IMG/VR virus record: IMGVR_UViG_3300011114_000970
Span: 1-52,802 of that record
Direction: 5' to 3' (one strand)
Length of the DNA stretch: 52,802 bases
Source: a virus
Taxonomy: Duplodnaviria; Caudoviricetes
In this document: positions 1 to 10,700 of the stretch, piece by piece
Layout of the letters: each line of letters opens with the position of its first letter
Position numbering within the stretch: the stretch's first letter is position 1
The notes under the pieces: model-generated
Database searches by the model: none
Told to the model about the DNA's origin: nothing
The model's input: the letters and a program-made list of their open reading frames with translations, nothing else
Translations under genes and position numbers: made by a program

Positions 1-814
1 AACAGCAACTAGCGGGTCTGTTAATACTGGTGGAGGTGGAGGTGGAGTTGATAGCCAAGTAGGCACAAATAGTCCAGCTGGCGCTGGCGGTAGCGGTGTT
101 GTAATCATTAGCTATGCTGGTAGCCAACAATTCTCAGGCGGCACAGTAACTACAAGCGGTGGAAATACTATACATTCATTTACTAGCAGTGGAAGTTTAA
201 AAGGCAATGTAACTTATGCTGGAAATTTTAATGGTAGCAATCAATATTTAAGTTTGTCTGCTGGGCCATTAACTTATGGAACGGGTGATTTTACTTTTGA
301 GTGCTGGTTAAACCCAACATCAATTCCAACTTATATGCCTGTAGTTATTACCAATGTAACTGGTGGAATTTTTATTGGTAAAAATGGTTCTAATTTTGTA
401 TTAAGAGCTTATAGTGTTTCCGACTTATTATCTACTGCAAATCAACCAGCAACAGGAGTTTGGACACATATAGCAGTAACTAGGTCTGGAACAACTGCTT
501 ATATTTTTTACAATGGAATATTGCAAGTTAGTGGTACAACTGCTTATAATTTCTTGAGTGGTGCTACTGCTATTGGAACTGATTTAGGAACAGGATATGT
601 TAATGGCGCTATTTCTAATTTAAGGTCTATTGTTGGAACTGCTTTATATACAGCTAACTTTACTCCACCAACAAAACCTTTAACTGCGGTTTCTGGCACA
701 CAATTATTAACATTACAAAACTCAAGTATTGTTGATAACAGCACAAATGCTTACAGCATCACAAACAATAATAGTGTTACTACATCTGTTGTTGCACCAT
801 TTAATTTAAATTAA
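1..814 (+). CDS. Tail fibre/receptor-binding protein, 5'-truncated (glycine-rich domain + LamG/ConA-like domain)
   Basis: Frame 2 is open from base 2 (TATSGSVNTGGGGGG...GGSGVVIISY...GGNTIHSFTSSG) into the tracked ORF with LamG-type motifs DFTFECW, WTHIAVTRSG, GAISNLR. Confidence 0.8.
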   Translation, partial: TATSGSVNTGGGGGGVDSQVGTNSPAGAGGSGVVIISYAGSQQFSGGTVTTSGGNTIHSFTSSGSLKGNVTYAGNFNGSNQYLSLSAGPLTYGTGDFTFECWLNPTSIPTYMPVVITNVTGGIFIGKNGSNFVLRAYSVSDLLSTANQPATGVWTHIAVTRSGTTAYIFYNGILQVSGTTAYNFLSGATAIGTDLGTGYVNGAISNLRSIVGTALYTANFTPPTKPLTAVSGTQLLTLQNSSIVDNSTNAYSITNNNSVTTSVVAPFNLN

Positions 815-826
815 AGGAGAGCTAAA

Positions 827-1180
827 ATTTCACACTTCGGAAAAGTAGAAAATGGAGTAGTAGTCCAAGTCATTGTTGCTGAACAAGACTTTATTGATAG
901 CGCAGTATTAGGTCATGGTTGGGTTCAGACCAGCTATAACACTAGAGGCGGTGTCCATTATGGCGCTGATGGTCAGCCTGATGGTGGAGTTGCTCTAAAT
1001 AAGAACTATGCTGGAGTTGGCTACACTTATGACGGCACAGGTTTTGCAGCACCTAGTCCTTTTCCTAGCTGGACATTAAACCAAGATAGTTATATCTGGG
1101 AAGCACCAACACCAAAGCCAGAAGGCGCATATGAATGGGATGAAGCAACTCTATCTTGGAAAGAATCTGAGGTCGCATAA
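827..1180 (+). CDS. Conserved phage tail-associated protein (xHFxKVENGVVVQVIV type), apparent ATT start
   Basis: Not in the ORF track; RBS AAGGAGAG at 814-821, then ATT TCA CAC TTC GGA AAA...; 117-aa frame containing QTSYNT, KNYAGVGYTYD, WEAPTPKP. Confidence 0.75.
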   Translation: MSHFGKVENGVVVQVIVAEQDFIDSAVLGHGWVQTSYNTRGGVHYGADGQPDGGVALNKNYAGVGYTYDGTGFAAPSPFPSWTLNQDSYIWEAPTPKPEGAYEWDEATLSWKESEVA

Positions 1181-1332
1181 TGGTTGAAGAAAAAATTAAC
1201 CTTTCCTTCACACTAGAAGACTTGAATGCGCTGTTGACGCTGCTCGGTCAACTGCCTTTTTCTCAATCTGCTCCTGTTATAAATGATATTCATCAGCAAG
1301 CAGTTCCTCAAATGAAAAAAGAAAATAGCTGA
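1180..1332 (+). CDS. Small hypothetical protein (50 aa), possibly a fibre chaperone
   Basis: TAATG coupling to the upstream gene; MVEEKINLSFTLEDLNALLTLLGQLPF... Confidence 0.6.
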   Translation: MVEEKINLSFTLEDLNALLTLLGQLPFSQSAPVINDIHQQAVPQMKKENS

Positions 1333-1333
1333 T

Positions 1334-1567
1334 ATGGATTGGCAAATGTTTATCAATTTAATTGCGGGAGCTTTCCTTAGCATTTTGGGGTGGTTTGCTC
1401 GAGTTATTTATGACTCTGTAGAAACGCTTAAAAATGACGTCAATGCAATACGTATCGACCTGCCCCAAAATTATGTTAGAAAAATCGATTTAGATACAAG
1501 ACTTACCAGAATTGAAGGCGTCTTAGATAAAATTTTTGATAAGTTAGATCAGAAAGCAGACAAATGA
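1334..1567 (+). CDS. Membrane protein (N-terminal TM + coiled coil), lysis-associated
   Basis: Hydrophobic N-terminus, heptad-like C-terminus, first gene of the lysis cluster. Confidence 0.6.
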   Translation: MDWQMFINLIAGAFLSILGWFARVIYDSVETLKNDVNAIRIDLPQNYVRKIDLDTRLTRIEGVLDKIFDKLDQKADK

Positions 1568-1767
1568 CCAAAACGATGCATGGCGCTATACATTCTCGAA
1601 CGATGTGGTTTTCGCTCGCCATGGTCATTCTTGGTTCTTTATATGACAATTTTTCTTACATACAAAATATTATTGATCCAAAATATTACGGATCTATCTT
1701 CATAGTTATAGGAGTTATCTGTGCAGTGCTACGTTTTTATACCACCTTACCATTGGATGAAAAATGA
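1564..1767 (+). CDS. Putative holin (two TM helices)
   Basis: SRTMWFSLAMVILG and SIFIVIGVICAVLRF hydrophobic segments; ATGA overlaps; close to spanins and endolysin. Confidence 0.6.
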   Translation: MTKTMHGAIHSRTMWFSLAMVILGSLYDNFSYIQNIIDPKYYGSIFIVIGVICAVLRFYTTLPLDEK

Positions 1768-2324
1768 ACAAACTCTTGTATTGGTTTGTACTTGTACCTG
1801 TTAACCTGATTGGTGTTGTGCTGACTTTCCCATTAGCATTCATCATCGGAATCCTGTATTCCTCCCAAATTGGGTGGTGCAATAACGGTACAGTCTGGGA
1901 ATCAGGTCCACGTTTATTCTCATGGCTGTCTTGGTTTCAAACCCCTGATAACAGCTTAGACGGCGATCAAACTTTTAGAGCTGAGCATAACCCTTGCTGG
2001 TGGTCGAAAATACAGTGGCTCTGGCGTAACCCATTCTATGGCTTTGCAGTAAAAACTTTTGACGGTTCTACAGGTATGACTTATCAAGGCAAAATTGATT
2101 GCGGTGCTAATAACGCTGGAACCATTCGAGTGCAAGGTCATGGTTTGTGGCAGTTTAATTCTTATCAATCGCTATTTGGCAAAATGATCTGTTTTAACTT
2201 TGGGCATAACATTCGAGCTTTAGTTGATCCAGCTTTTATTACGCCTGATCAGTGGCACGACAATACAGCTTATATCAAAAACTATCCAGCTACTTTTGCC
2301 TTCACAATTAGAAGTGTAAGTTAA
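1764..2324 (+). CDS. Conserved phage membrane protein
   Basis: N-terminal TM; Trp-rich motifs WFQTPDNSLDGD and WLWRNPFYGF. Confidence 0.55.
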   Translation: MNKLLYWFVLVPVNLIGVVLTFPLAFIIGILYSSQIGWCNNGTVWESGPRLFSWLSWFQTPDNSLDGDQTFRAEHNPCWWSKIQWLWRNPFYGFAVKTFDGSTGMTYQGKIDCGANNAGTIRVQGHGLWQFNSYQSLFGKMICFNFGHNIRALVDPAFITPDQWHDNTAYIKNYPATFAFTIRSVS

Positions 2325-2326
2325 GT

Positions 2327-2740
2327 ATGTTTCCATTGCCTATCTCCGTTTATATCTACGCTGCTTGCGCCGTGCTTGCAGTAGCAGGATTAGGCTATGG
2401 TCGATACGAATCAGCTAAGTACGATGCATATGTGGCTAAAGCAGAAGCCGCCGCTGCTTTTCAAGAAGCAGAAAATAAATCAAAAGCCAAAGAAGCCACT
2501 CAAGTTAATGAAAAGGTCAAAAATGATTATGAAAACCGCATTGCTCTTATCAAGCGTACTTATGGTGGCGTGCGCTTCCCCAGTACCAGTGAAACAAGCA
2601 CAGTTTCCAAATCCACCAGTAGCATTGATGGCACCCCCTCTGACCCTGCCTTTATTGAAAAGTGTGCAATAACGACTCAACAACTGGTCAGCCTTCAGGG
2701 TTGGCTTAAAGAGCAGATAGGGATTTTCAATGCAAAATAA
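2327..2740 (+). CDS. Rz-like inner-membrane spanin
   Basis: N-terminal TM followed by Ala/Glu/Lys coiled coil; contains an embedded lipoprotein ORF. Confidence 0.75.
   Translation: MFPLPISVYIYAACAVLAVAGLGYGRYESAKYDAYVAKAEAAAAFQEAENKSKAKEATQVNEKVKNDYENRIALIKRTYGGVRFPSTSETSTVSKSTSSIDGTPSDPAFIEKCAITTQQLVSLQGWLKEQIGIFNAK
2529..2672 (+). CDS. Rz1-like outer-membrane lipoprotein spanin, embedded in Rz
   Basis: MKTALLLSSVLMVA-C lipobox and Pro-rich mature part in an alternative frame entirely inside the Rz-like gene. Confidence 0.75.
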   Translation: MKTALLLSSVLMVACASPVPVKQAQFPNPPVALMAPPLTLPLLKSVQ

Positions 2741-3269
2741 ACTTCTTTTAATTGGGTTATTTTTCTGTGGCTCTGTTACAGCTCAGACCTTAGCTATATG
2801 CAATGGCGAATACGCCTTATGCGCTGCTTCTTCCGCTACGCCAACAGGTAAAACGATAACAGTTCAAGGCAAAGAATTTAAAGAAGGTGTGGCTATATGC
2901 CCCGTACTCAGAGGTCAGAGTATTGCTAATTTAGACTTAATGAATGGTAGTTGTGATGCTCCAACAGGTAAAGTTTGGTCATTGTTTGGTAACCCAGCAA
3001 CCTTTCCGCAAGCACCTACATGGGAGAATTCGCCACCTGTTCATCGAATTTTTACAACTACCGCAGGCAACGGAGGAATGAGCAATATGTGGTCATTCCC
3101 TTGCGTTAAAGAGCTTAAGAAAATTAATGGAGTGACCTTGGCTAAATGCTATGGACCATTAAATGAATCTCCTTGGAATGCTACTGCTGTATCTATTGGC
3201 ACAAAGGTTATCACTGATGCACCAGTAGGCGCTACTTATCCTGTTGGTGGACCTGTCAAGGCAAAATGA
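2730..3269 (+). CDS. Secreted cysteine-rich protein of unknown function
   Basis: Signal peptide (...SVTA-Q) and six Cys in the mature region. Confidence 0.6.
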   Translation: MQNKLLLIGLFFCGSVTAQTLAICNGEYALCAASSATPTGKTITVQGKEFKEGVAICPVLRGQSIANLDLMNGSCDAPTGKVWSLFGNPATFPQAPTWENSPPVHRIFTTTAGNGGMSNMWSFPCVKELKKINGVTLAKCYGPLNESPWNATAVSIGTKVITDAPVGATYPVGGPVKAK

Positions 3270-3799
3270 TCCGTATGCAAAATAACTTTGACCAATCTCT
3301 ACAAGATCTTCTGCAAGATGAAGGTGGATTTGTGAATAATCCAAAAGACCCAGGAGGCATGACGAATCTCGGAGTAACAAAAGCCACTTGGGAAGCTTAC
3401 GTCGGACATCCTGTTTCTGAAAAAGAAATGCAAGAACTTACTCCTGCTATGGTTGCGCCACTATATAAAAAGAGATATTGGGACGCTGTAAGAGCTGATG
3501 AACTTCAAGCAGGGTTAGATTATTGTGTGTTCGACGTGGCAGTTAATTCAGGTTCAGGACGGGCAATCAAACTCTTGCAAACTCAAGTAGGCACAAACCC
3601 TGACGGTGGATTTGGAAGCGTTACGATGGCGGCTGTTGCCCAATTTAGTGGAGAGTCTTTAAAAATGTTAATTAACGATTATTGCAATGCAAGATTAAAT
3701 TTTATGAAAAGTCTTCCTGCTTGGGCAACATTCGGAAATGGTTGGACAAATCGAGTTAACAAGGTCGAAAAAAGAGCCTTAGAAATGGTGATCTTATGA
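3266..3799 (+). CDS. Endolysin, glycoside hydrolase family 108 with peptidoglycan-binding domain
   Basis: DEGGFVNNPKDPGGMTNLGVT, FDVAVNSG, FGNGWTNRV motifs. Confidence 0.92.
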   Translation: MIRMQNNFDQSLQDLLQDEGGFVNNPKDPGGMTNLGVTKATWEAYVGHPVSEKEMQELTPAMVAPLYKKRYWDAVRADELQAGLDYCVFDVAVNSGSGRAIKLLQTQVGTNPDGGFGSVTMAAVAQFSGESLKMLINDYCNARLNFMKSLPAWATFGNGWTNRVNKVEKRALEMVIL

Positions 3800-4428
3800 C
3801 AGTTTCATTTGTTTTAACTTACAATTCACTCACCTCCACTGTGCTCCAATATTTAGAGCGTAGCGATACTGCAACTACAGAACAGATTCCAACTTTTATC
3901 ACAATGTGCGAATTTGAAATTGCACAGCAAATAAAAACACTTGGGCAACTGCAAGTGGTCGAAAGCGCAATGCTCACAGGCAACGCTATTATTCAAAAAC
4001 CAGCTCGTTGGCGTAAAACTGTTTCTTTTAATGTTGTTGTTGACGGTTCAAGAACTCCTGTTTATTTGCGTAAATATGAGTATGTAAAATCATATGCTCC
4101 TGATATTTCAGTCACAGGATTACCTCTGTATTATTGTGATTATGATTATGATCATTGGTTAGTTGGTCCAACACCTGATGAGGATTATGATTTTGAAGTA
4201 TTGTTTTATGAAAGAATTGCACCGCTATCTTCTGAGAACCAAACCAATTGGCTAACACAAAATGCACCTAATGCGATGTTGTTTGGAACATTACTCCAAG
4301 CAATGCCATTTTTGAAAAATGATCAGCGAGTAATTTTTCAGCAAAAATATGATCAAGCTATGAGTGCTTTAAAAACAGAAGACATCACTCGAGTTGGCGA
4401 TCGTCAAACAATTGCTATTGAAAGTTAA
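3796..4428 (+). CDS. Head-tail adaptor/tail tubular protein
   Basis: IPTFITMCE, PTPD, NWLTQNAPNAMLFGTL pattern typical of podovirus adaptors; position before tail genes. Confidence 0.7.
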   Translation: MTVSFVLTYNSLTSTVLQYLERSDTATTEQIPTFITMCEFEIAQQIKTLGQLQVVESAMLTGNAIIQKPARWRKTVSFNVVVDGSRTPVYLRKYEYVKSYAPDISVTGLPLYYCDYDYDHWLVGPTPDEDYDFEVLFYERIAPLSSENQTNWLTQNAPNAMLFGTLLQAMPFLKNDQRVIFQQKYDQAMSALKTEDITRVGDRQTIAIES

Positions 4429-4430
4429 TT

Positions 4431-5669
4431 ATGCCTAGTTATATAAATCCATTTACAGGTCAAACAATTCAACCAAGTCAAGTTGGTTATGAATTACTGA
4501 CTATTTCCGTTGATACAACACTGCAATGGCCAGTTAATGGCAATACGAATGACGTTGTTGCAAATATTATTGAAGTTGACGCCACAGTTGCTAGTTTAGA
4601 TTTGTATATGCCAGCGGCGACGCAAGTGTCAACTGGACAGAGTGCTTTAATAACGAATGTAGGATCAAATACATTTACTGTTGTTGACAGCTCTGGCAAT
4701 ACGATTGTTTCAATTGCTTCAGGAATAGCTGAATATATCTACATCACAGACAACACTACAGTCGACGGTACATGGTCGACAGTGACGTTTGGCGCTGGAA
4801 CAAGTTCTGCAAACGCAGCTACGCTTGCTGGATATGGCTTAAAAGCAGTAAACACAACGCTAAATCAAGCTTATAACGTAACAACATATTATTCAGATAC
4901 CACTTTAGACGACACGCAACGTGCGCAGTTTGTTGTTTGGGACAGTGGCGTGGGAACAATTACTTTGCCAAATTCTGGTACTGTTGGTAATAATTGGTTT
5001 TGTATGATTCGTAACAATGGTACAGGCATATTAACACTTACGCCTCAAGGTGCAGACACCATTGATGGAAATGCTAGCGCTCAATTGCAATTAACAGAAT
5101 CATTAGTTATTGTTTCAGATGGCTCAACAGGATTTAATACTTTTGGGTATGGTCGGTCTTCTGATTTTTATTACACGATTCTTTCTAGAGCAGTGACAGG
5201 TGGTACTGTTGTTCTTACGAATGCAGAAGCATCAAACATCATTCAAGAGTATATCGGAGTGTTAGTTTCAAACTGCACGGTTATTCTTCCTAGCACAGTG
5301 CAACTTTATTCACTAAACAATTTAACAACAGGTGCTTATACACTTACATTTTCTACAGGCGCAGTAGGTGGATCAACATTAACGCTTCCGCAGAATCAAA
5401 CTGCTATTGCTATTTGTGATGGAACCAATATATACAGTGCGAGTACCGCTGCAATTGGAGTGCTTTCTAGTTTAACGCTTTCTGCAGGTAGTGCGGCTGC
5501 TCCCTCTTTAAACTTTATAAGTAATTTAACTACAGGTTTGTATTTACCTTCTTCAAATCAAATTGGATTCACCGCTGCAGGTGTTAACGCTGCGACAATC
5601 AGTAGCACAGGTCTTTCGGTTGTGAATGCAGTGACTGCGTTAGGTGGAATTTCAGGCGGTGCATTCTAA
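4431..5669 (+). CDS. Tail fibre/appendage protein
   Basis: Thr/Ser/Gly-rich beta-type composition; GSAAAPSLNF...TGLY; ends GGISGGAF. Confidence 0.7.
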   Translation: MPSYINPFTGQTIQPSQVGYELLTISVDTTLQWPVNGNTNDVVANIIEVDATVASLDLYMPAATQVSTGQSALITNVGSNTFTVVDSSGNTIVSIASGIAEYIYITDNTTVDGTWSTVTFGAGTSSANAATLAGYGLKAVNTTLNQAYNVTTYYSDTTLDDTQRAQFVVWDSGVGTITLPNSGTVGNNWFCMIRNNGTGILTLTPQGADTIDGNASAQLQLTESLVIVSDGSTGFNTFGYGRSSDFYYTILSRAVTGGTVVLTNAEASNIIQEYIGVLVSNCTVILPSTVQLYSLNNLTTGAYTLTFSTGAVGGSTLTLPQNQTAIAICDGTNIYSASTAAIGVLSSLTLSAGSAAAPSLNFISNLTTGLYLPSSNQIGFTAAGVNAATISSTGLSVVNAVTALGGISGGAF

Positions 5670-7505
5670 ATGACCGCAAAAGTCATATCTTTAGATATCA
5701 AGCCTGGAATTCAAAGGGATGGTACGCAATTTGACGCACCTTGTTATGTTGATGGATTATGGTGTCGTTTCCAGCGTGGTCGTCCTCGTAAGATAGGCGG
5801 ATATAGAGGTATATTTTTAAATTCTTCGGGTATTTCTCGTGGAATGATTATGAATTCTCAAGACGGCTTAAACTATGTTTATTCAGGTTACAACAACGGG
5901 CTAGAATATTGGCAAACTGACAACAATGACGGAGTCGGTGCTGGTCCTTTCAATATTGGGTTTGATGGTTCGATTGTTACTCTAGCTTCTTTGGTGGGTG
6001 GTTCTGGTTATGTAAATGCCACGTATACAGGAGTTCCCCTTATCAATGGCGTTGGATCAGGCGCTACAGCGGATATCATTGTTTCAGGCGGTGCTGTTAC
6101 AACAGTTACACTTGTCGCTGCTGGAACTAATTACGCAATCGGAGATGTTTTAACAGCTTCAAGCGCTAATCTTGGTGGGAGCGGTTCGGGATTTGCAATT
6201 ACAGTTACTGCAATTAACACTGATTTTGTTGCTGATCCGAACAATCTTTGGCAGTTTGACATTGGTTACAACTCAGACAATACAACGGAGCAAATTTTAG
6301 CTCATGCTGGGCTTAATTTAACTAATATTGACAACACCATAGATACGCCTGTTTTTGCTGGGACGTTTCCTGGCGGTGCAATGGTTATTTTAGAAGACAC
6401 AAGTGGCTCGACTCCTTCAGGTGATCCTATTGAAGTTTCAGGCGGGTTAGTTATGTTGCATCCCTATTTATTTGTGTATGGAAATAACGGACTAATTAAA
6501 AACTGCTCGGCTGGTAATTTTTTTGATTGGAACAGTGCTGACGCAAATGAAACAAATGTTTCAACAGGAAAAATTGTAAAAGGACTTCCCGTAAGAGGAG
6601 GCACAACCGCACCTTCTGGGTTATTTTGGTCGTTGGATTCTCTAATTCGAGTTAGTTACACTCCTACTACTGTTGGCGCTTCTACCTTATATTGGCGCTA
6701 TGACATTATTAGTAGCCAAAGTTCAATTCTATCTTCAAGCTGTGTTATTGAATATGACGGTCTTTACTTCTGGTGCGGAGTTGATCGATTCTTGATGTAT
6801 AACGGAGTCGTAAATGAGATTCCGAACAACATGAATGTTAATTACTTTTTTGATAATATTAATTACAATCAAAGGCAAAAAGTCTGGGTTAGCAAAGTAC
6901 CACGCTGGGGTGAAATCTGGTGGTTCTATCCTAAAGGTGATGCTGAAGAATGCACTGACGCAATTATTTACAATGTTCGAGATCAAGTTTGGTATGACTC
7001 TGGCGAAGCATTAGGCGCTAGACGCTCTGCTGGAGTATTTACAGAAGTGTTCCGTAGGCCAATTTGGGCTGGTAATGAAGAAAATTCTGCAAACACATAT
7101 ACGCTTTGGCAACATGAAACAGGTTCTGATCTCATTTACACCACGCAACAAAGTGCAATTCAAAGTTATTTCGAGACGAACAATATCGGTTGGGTGACAG
7201 GCGGTCCAGGAGCTAATGACCCAACAGGACCAAACAGATGGATTCGTATTGAGCGAGTTGAACCAGACTTTAATCAAGTTGGCGATATGAATCTCTACGT
7301 AACGGGTAAAGGGTATGCCACGGATGTTTCGGACACTTCTGACCCCTATGTTTTTTCTCCAACAACGCTTAAAATTGATATGCGTGAGCAACGTAGAGAA
7401 ATGCGTTTACGCTTTGAAAGCAATGTTGTAAATGGCAATTACGAAACAGGCAACATATTGCTCTCCGCTGATATGGGCGATGAACGTAGCACGGGGAATC
7501 CATAA
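5670..7505 (+). CDS. Tail nozzle/DNA-stabilisation protein (P22 gp10-like position and size)
   Basis: 611 aa; KPGIQRDGT, RPRKIGG, EIWWFYP, EPDF motifs; precedes the ejection genes. Confidence 0.7.
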   Translation: MTAKVISLDIKPGIQRDGTQFDAPCYVDGLWCRFQRGRPRKIGGYRGIFLNSSGISRGMIMNSQDGLNYVYSGYNNGLEYWQTDNNDGVGAGPFNIGFDGSIVTLASLVGGSGYVNATYTGVPLINGVGSGATADIIVSGGAVTTVTLVAAGTNYAIGDVLTASSANLGGSGSGFAITVTAINTDFVADPNNLWQFDIGYNSDNTTEQILAHAGLNLTNIDNTIDTPVFAGTFPGGAMVILEDTSGSTPSGDPIEVSGGLVMLHPYLFVYGNNGLIKNCSAGNFFDWNSADANETNVSTGKIVKGLPVRGGTTAPSGLFWSLDSLIRVSYTPTTVGASTLYWRYDIISSQSSILSSSCVIEYDGLYFWCGVDRFLMYNGVVNEIPNNMNVNYFFDNINYNQRQKVWVSKVPRWGEIWWFYPKGDAEECTDAIIYNVRDQVWYDSGEALGARRSAGVFTEVFRRPIWAGNEENSANTYTLWQHETGSDLIYTTQQSAIQSYFETNNIGWVTGGPGANDPTGPNRWIRIERVEPDFNQVGDMNLYVTGKGYATDVSDTSDPYVFSPTTLKIDMREQRREMRLRFESNVVNGNYETGNILLSADMGDERSTGNP

Positions 7506-7741
7506 TGGTTACTTATGATCCAAGAGGAATGACTTGGGATCAGTATTGTCCTTTGATGGCAGAGTTGTTCGCTGCGCAACAACTTGGAACAGTGCCAGAA
7601 GAACGCTGGAGAGAATGGGTAGCTGGAATGCAAGGTATTGGATATTTTAGTAATTCAAACATACCAGACGCAAGAGGGTTTGCTTCTTGGCAAGATTGGG
7701 CTAAAAGTGTGGTTGGTATCATGTCGATAGGGAATGCATAA
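7505..7741 (+). CDS. Hypothetical virion-region protein
   Basis: TAATG-coupled Trp-rich ORF (PDARGFASWQDWA). Confidence 0.65.
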   Translation: MVTYDPRGMTWDQYCPLMAELFAAQQLGTVPEERWREWVAGMQGIGYFSNSNIPDARGFASWQDWAKSVVGIMSIGNA

Positions 7742-10700
7742 TGGGTTGGGTAGATAGCGGAGATAGTGCAACGTGGGTAGATGATCCTGCTCCTGAGAGC
7801 AGTGTTACTGTCGAAGCTGCGCCTCCAGATCAAGGCGGGGGTGACATTTTTACTGGTGTACCTCAAATATACGACGTAGATAGAGTTCAAAATATTCCTC
7901 CAGATCAAGGCGGTGGCGTTGACATAAACGCCCTCTATCAACAATACTTAGGTCGTGGCGTTGACCCTTCTGGCGCTGCTACTTATTCTGGCTGGTCACC
8001 ACAAGACATTGCTAGTGATTTAATGAAAAGTCAAGAGTATGCATCGTCTCATGGCGCACTTCCGACGAACACCCCTCAAGACGTTAATTCTATTTATCAA
8101 TCACTTTTAGGTCGTGGTGTTGATCCCAGTGGAGCTGCCACTTATGCTGGCTGGGAACCATCAAATATTTGGAACAACATTTTGCAGAGTCAAGAATACA
8201 CTTCGACTCATAATAATCCTATGTTGTCTATGGCTGGAGTCTATCCTAGAGGTGCGCTTCCTAGTATTGATTACACGACAACTTATAATTACGCTCCTGA
8301 TTGGCTAAGTCCTCAAGATTACGCAGCTTCTGGTTTTGATAATCAGGGCAGAAGTGTAGCTAGCATCGTTCCCACTGCTAATTTAAATGCGCCAGAAGGT
8401 GGTCCAAGATTAAATGAATATGGTCGTTTAGATCAATATAACGGTCAAGAAGGAACTGCTACTCAAGGTTATCAAGTTGCTCAAGGTGGTCGGTGGCATG
8501 AAACAGTTGACATGGAAGGCAATCCAAAAATAACTTGGGTTCCATCAACCTTTGATTTAAGCGGTGGAAAACAAGTTAGTGATGATCCAAGTAAGCAAGG
8601 TAGCCCGACGTTTCAAGGTGGCACACGCATGCCTGACGGCACGATTGTTCATTATGACGCAATGACGGATTCTGTAACAGTAGAAGCACCTCTGTCTTCT
8701 TACTCTACAAAAGCTGATGATCAAAGGTTAGGTTATAGAGAACAGCGTTATACGGGTGCTAGTAATTTCGGCGACACGACAAAATTTCAAGGTCAAGACG
8801 TTAGCACTAGCAAGGGTGAATTCCTTGTTGATAAAGAAACAGGCAGGCTTTTTGTTGATAAGAACAACGACCCAATACCTGTTTATCGTAAACCTAGAGA
8901 TCCTGGGTTTGATGATTGGTTAACAGAAAATGGTTGGATGACTATTCCAATGTTGGCTGCAATTGCCTTGAGTGCTGGTAGTGCTACCCCACTTGTTGCT
9001 GGTGAAGTTGGCGCAGCTGGCGCAGCTGGCGCTGGCATAGCTGAAGGTGGAGTAGCAGCGTCAACAGCAGCTTCTACGACTTTTGCTGCTGAAACAGCCG
9101 CCGCTGCCAATGCCGCCGCCGCCGCTGCTAATCCTTTAAGCCCATCGACACTGTTGCCTTATTCAACAACGGGTAGTCAGTTAACAACAGGTTCAAGCCT
9201 AATACCAACCACAGTTGCTCCTTGGTATAGCACAACAATTCCTGCTTTAGACGCAGTCCTTGCAGGGGCTGCTAAGGGTGCTGTCATAGGTGCAGGGACG
9301 TCATATCTAACAAAAGGTGACCCTGTCAAAGGTGCGGTTTACGGCGCTTTGTCAGGAGGTGTAGGGGCAGGGGGCGCTGATTTAGCAGCGAATTATATAT
9401 CGCCTAGTGCTTGGGTTACTGGAGCTGCTGGTGGAGCTGCCGCCGCCGCCGCCAATGCTGCTGTTCGTGGTGGAGACAATATATTAAGAAATACAGCGAT
9501 CGGCGCAATCACTGGCGCAACTTTGCCTGTTGTTACTGATCTAGCAATCTCAGTTATTGGTTCTGATAATCCGCTTGCAGTTGATATTTTCTCTCGTGGA
9601 ATTCTTTCAGCAGGTAGAGCATTAGCTACAGGTGGCGACCCGTTACAAGCTCTCACTTATAGTTCAGTAGCAACAGTGCTTGGGTCTAATTTCAATCCCA
9701 GCACAGGCACTATAACTGACGCATTTGGAAAAGTAGTTTCCGACAACAATATAACTAATAGTCCGCAATATGCTCAATTATCTAGCGATTTGGGTGGCAA
9801 TAATGCAGCTAATGCTTGGATTGATACGCAACTAACAAGCATAACTCAAGACCAAAACTCTTTAACTACTGCAATGGATAACAGTAGCGTTTTAAACAAT
9901 GTTGCTAATAACACTAGTGCTTTTACTCAAGCAGACAACAAGCCAAATATATTTGACATAGTGTTACCTAGTATTAGCCCTGCAGGACTTGAATTTCCTT
10001 CACCAGAAGATTTATCAGGAATGTTTGCTAAAACAGCTGATCAAATGGCTGCAGGAGATACGCTTTATTCTAAAATAAATCCAGATAGCTATGTAATCAA
10101 AAATGAAGACGGAAGCTTAACTGCAGTAGGTCCAAGTGGCGAAAAAATGGCTGTTTCACAAGACCAAGCTAATGATCTTGTTAAAGCAATGAATGATGCA
10201 AATAATTCAATCACAACGGATGATTGGACTGATAAAACAAAAAGCCAAGCTCAAGGTGCTTTATTTTCAGGTGATGCTAAACCAATGCAAGTTCCAAATA
10301 ATTGGCAAGGCTGGACAGGCGATCAACCTTCTGCGTCTGTATTGTCGGACAATTATGAAGGTATGATGCAAAATGTCCAACAAGACGTCACTCAGAAGTT
10401 TATTGATGATTACAAAGATAAACCTACATTAGGTCTTGAAACTGTTAAATCTTCTCCAGAAGATATTCAAAGAATAAATGAGGAAATTCAAAACGAGCAA
10501 AGACAAGATGCGTCAAATTTAAACCAAGCTGGTCAAATGAGTCAGCCAACTGAGAATGAAGAGGCTTTAGCTATTAGCAACAATCCTTTAGTTTTGGCTA
10601 ACGCTACTCCAGAACAAGAAGAAAGAATTAACGAATTAAAAGACATCATTACTTCTCCAAACACAACCCCAGAGCAAAAAGATCAAGCTGCCAAAGAATT

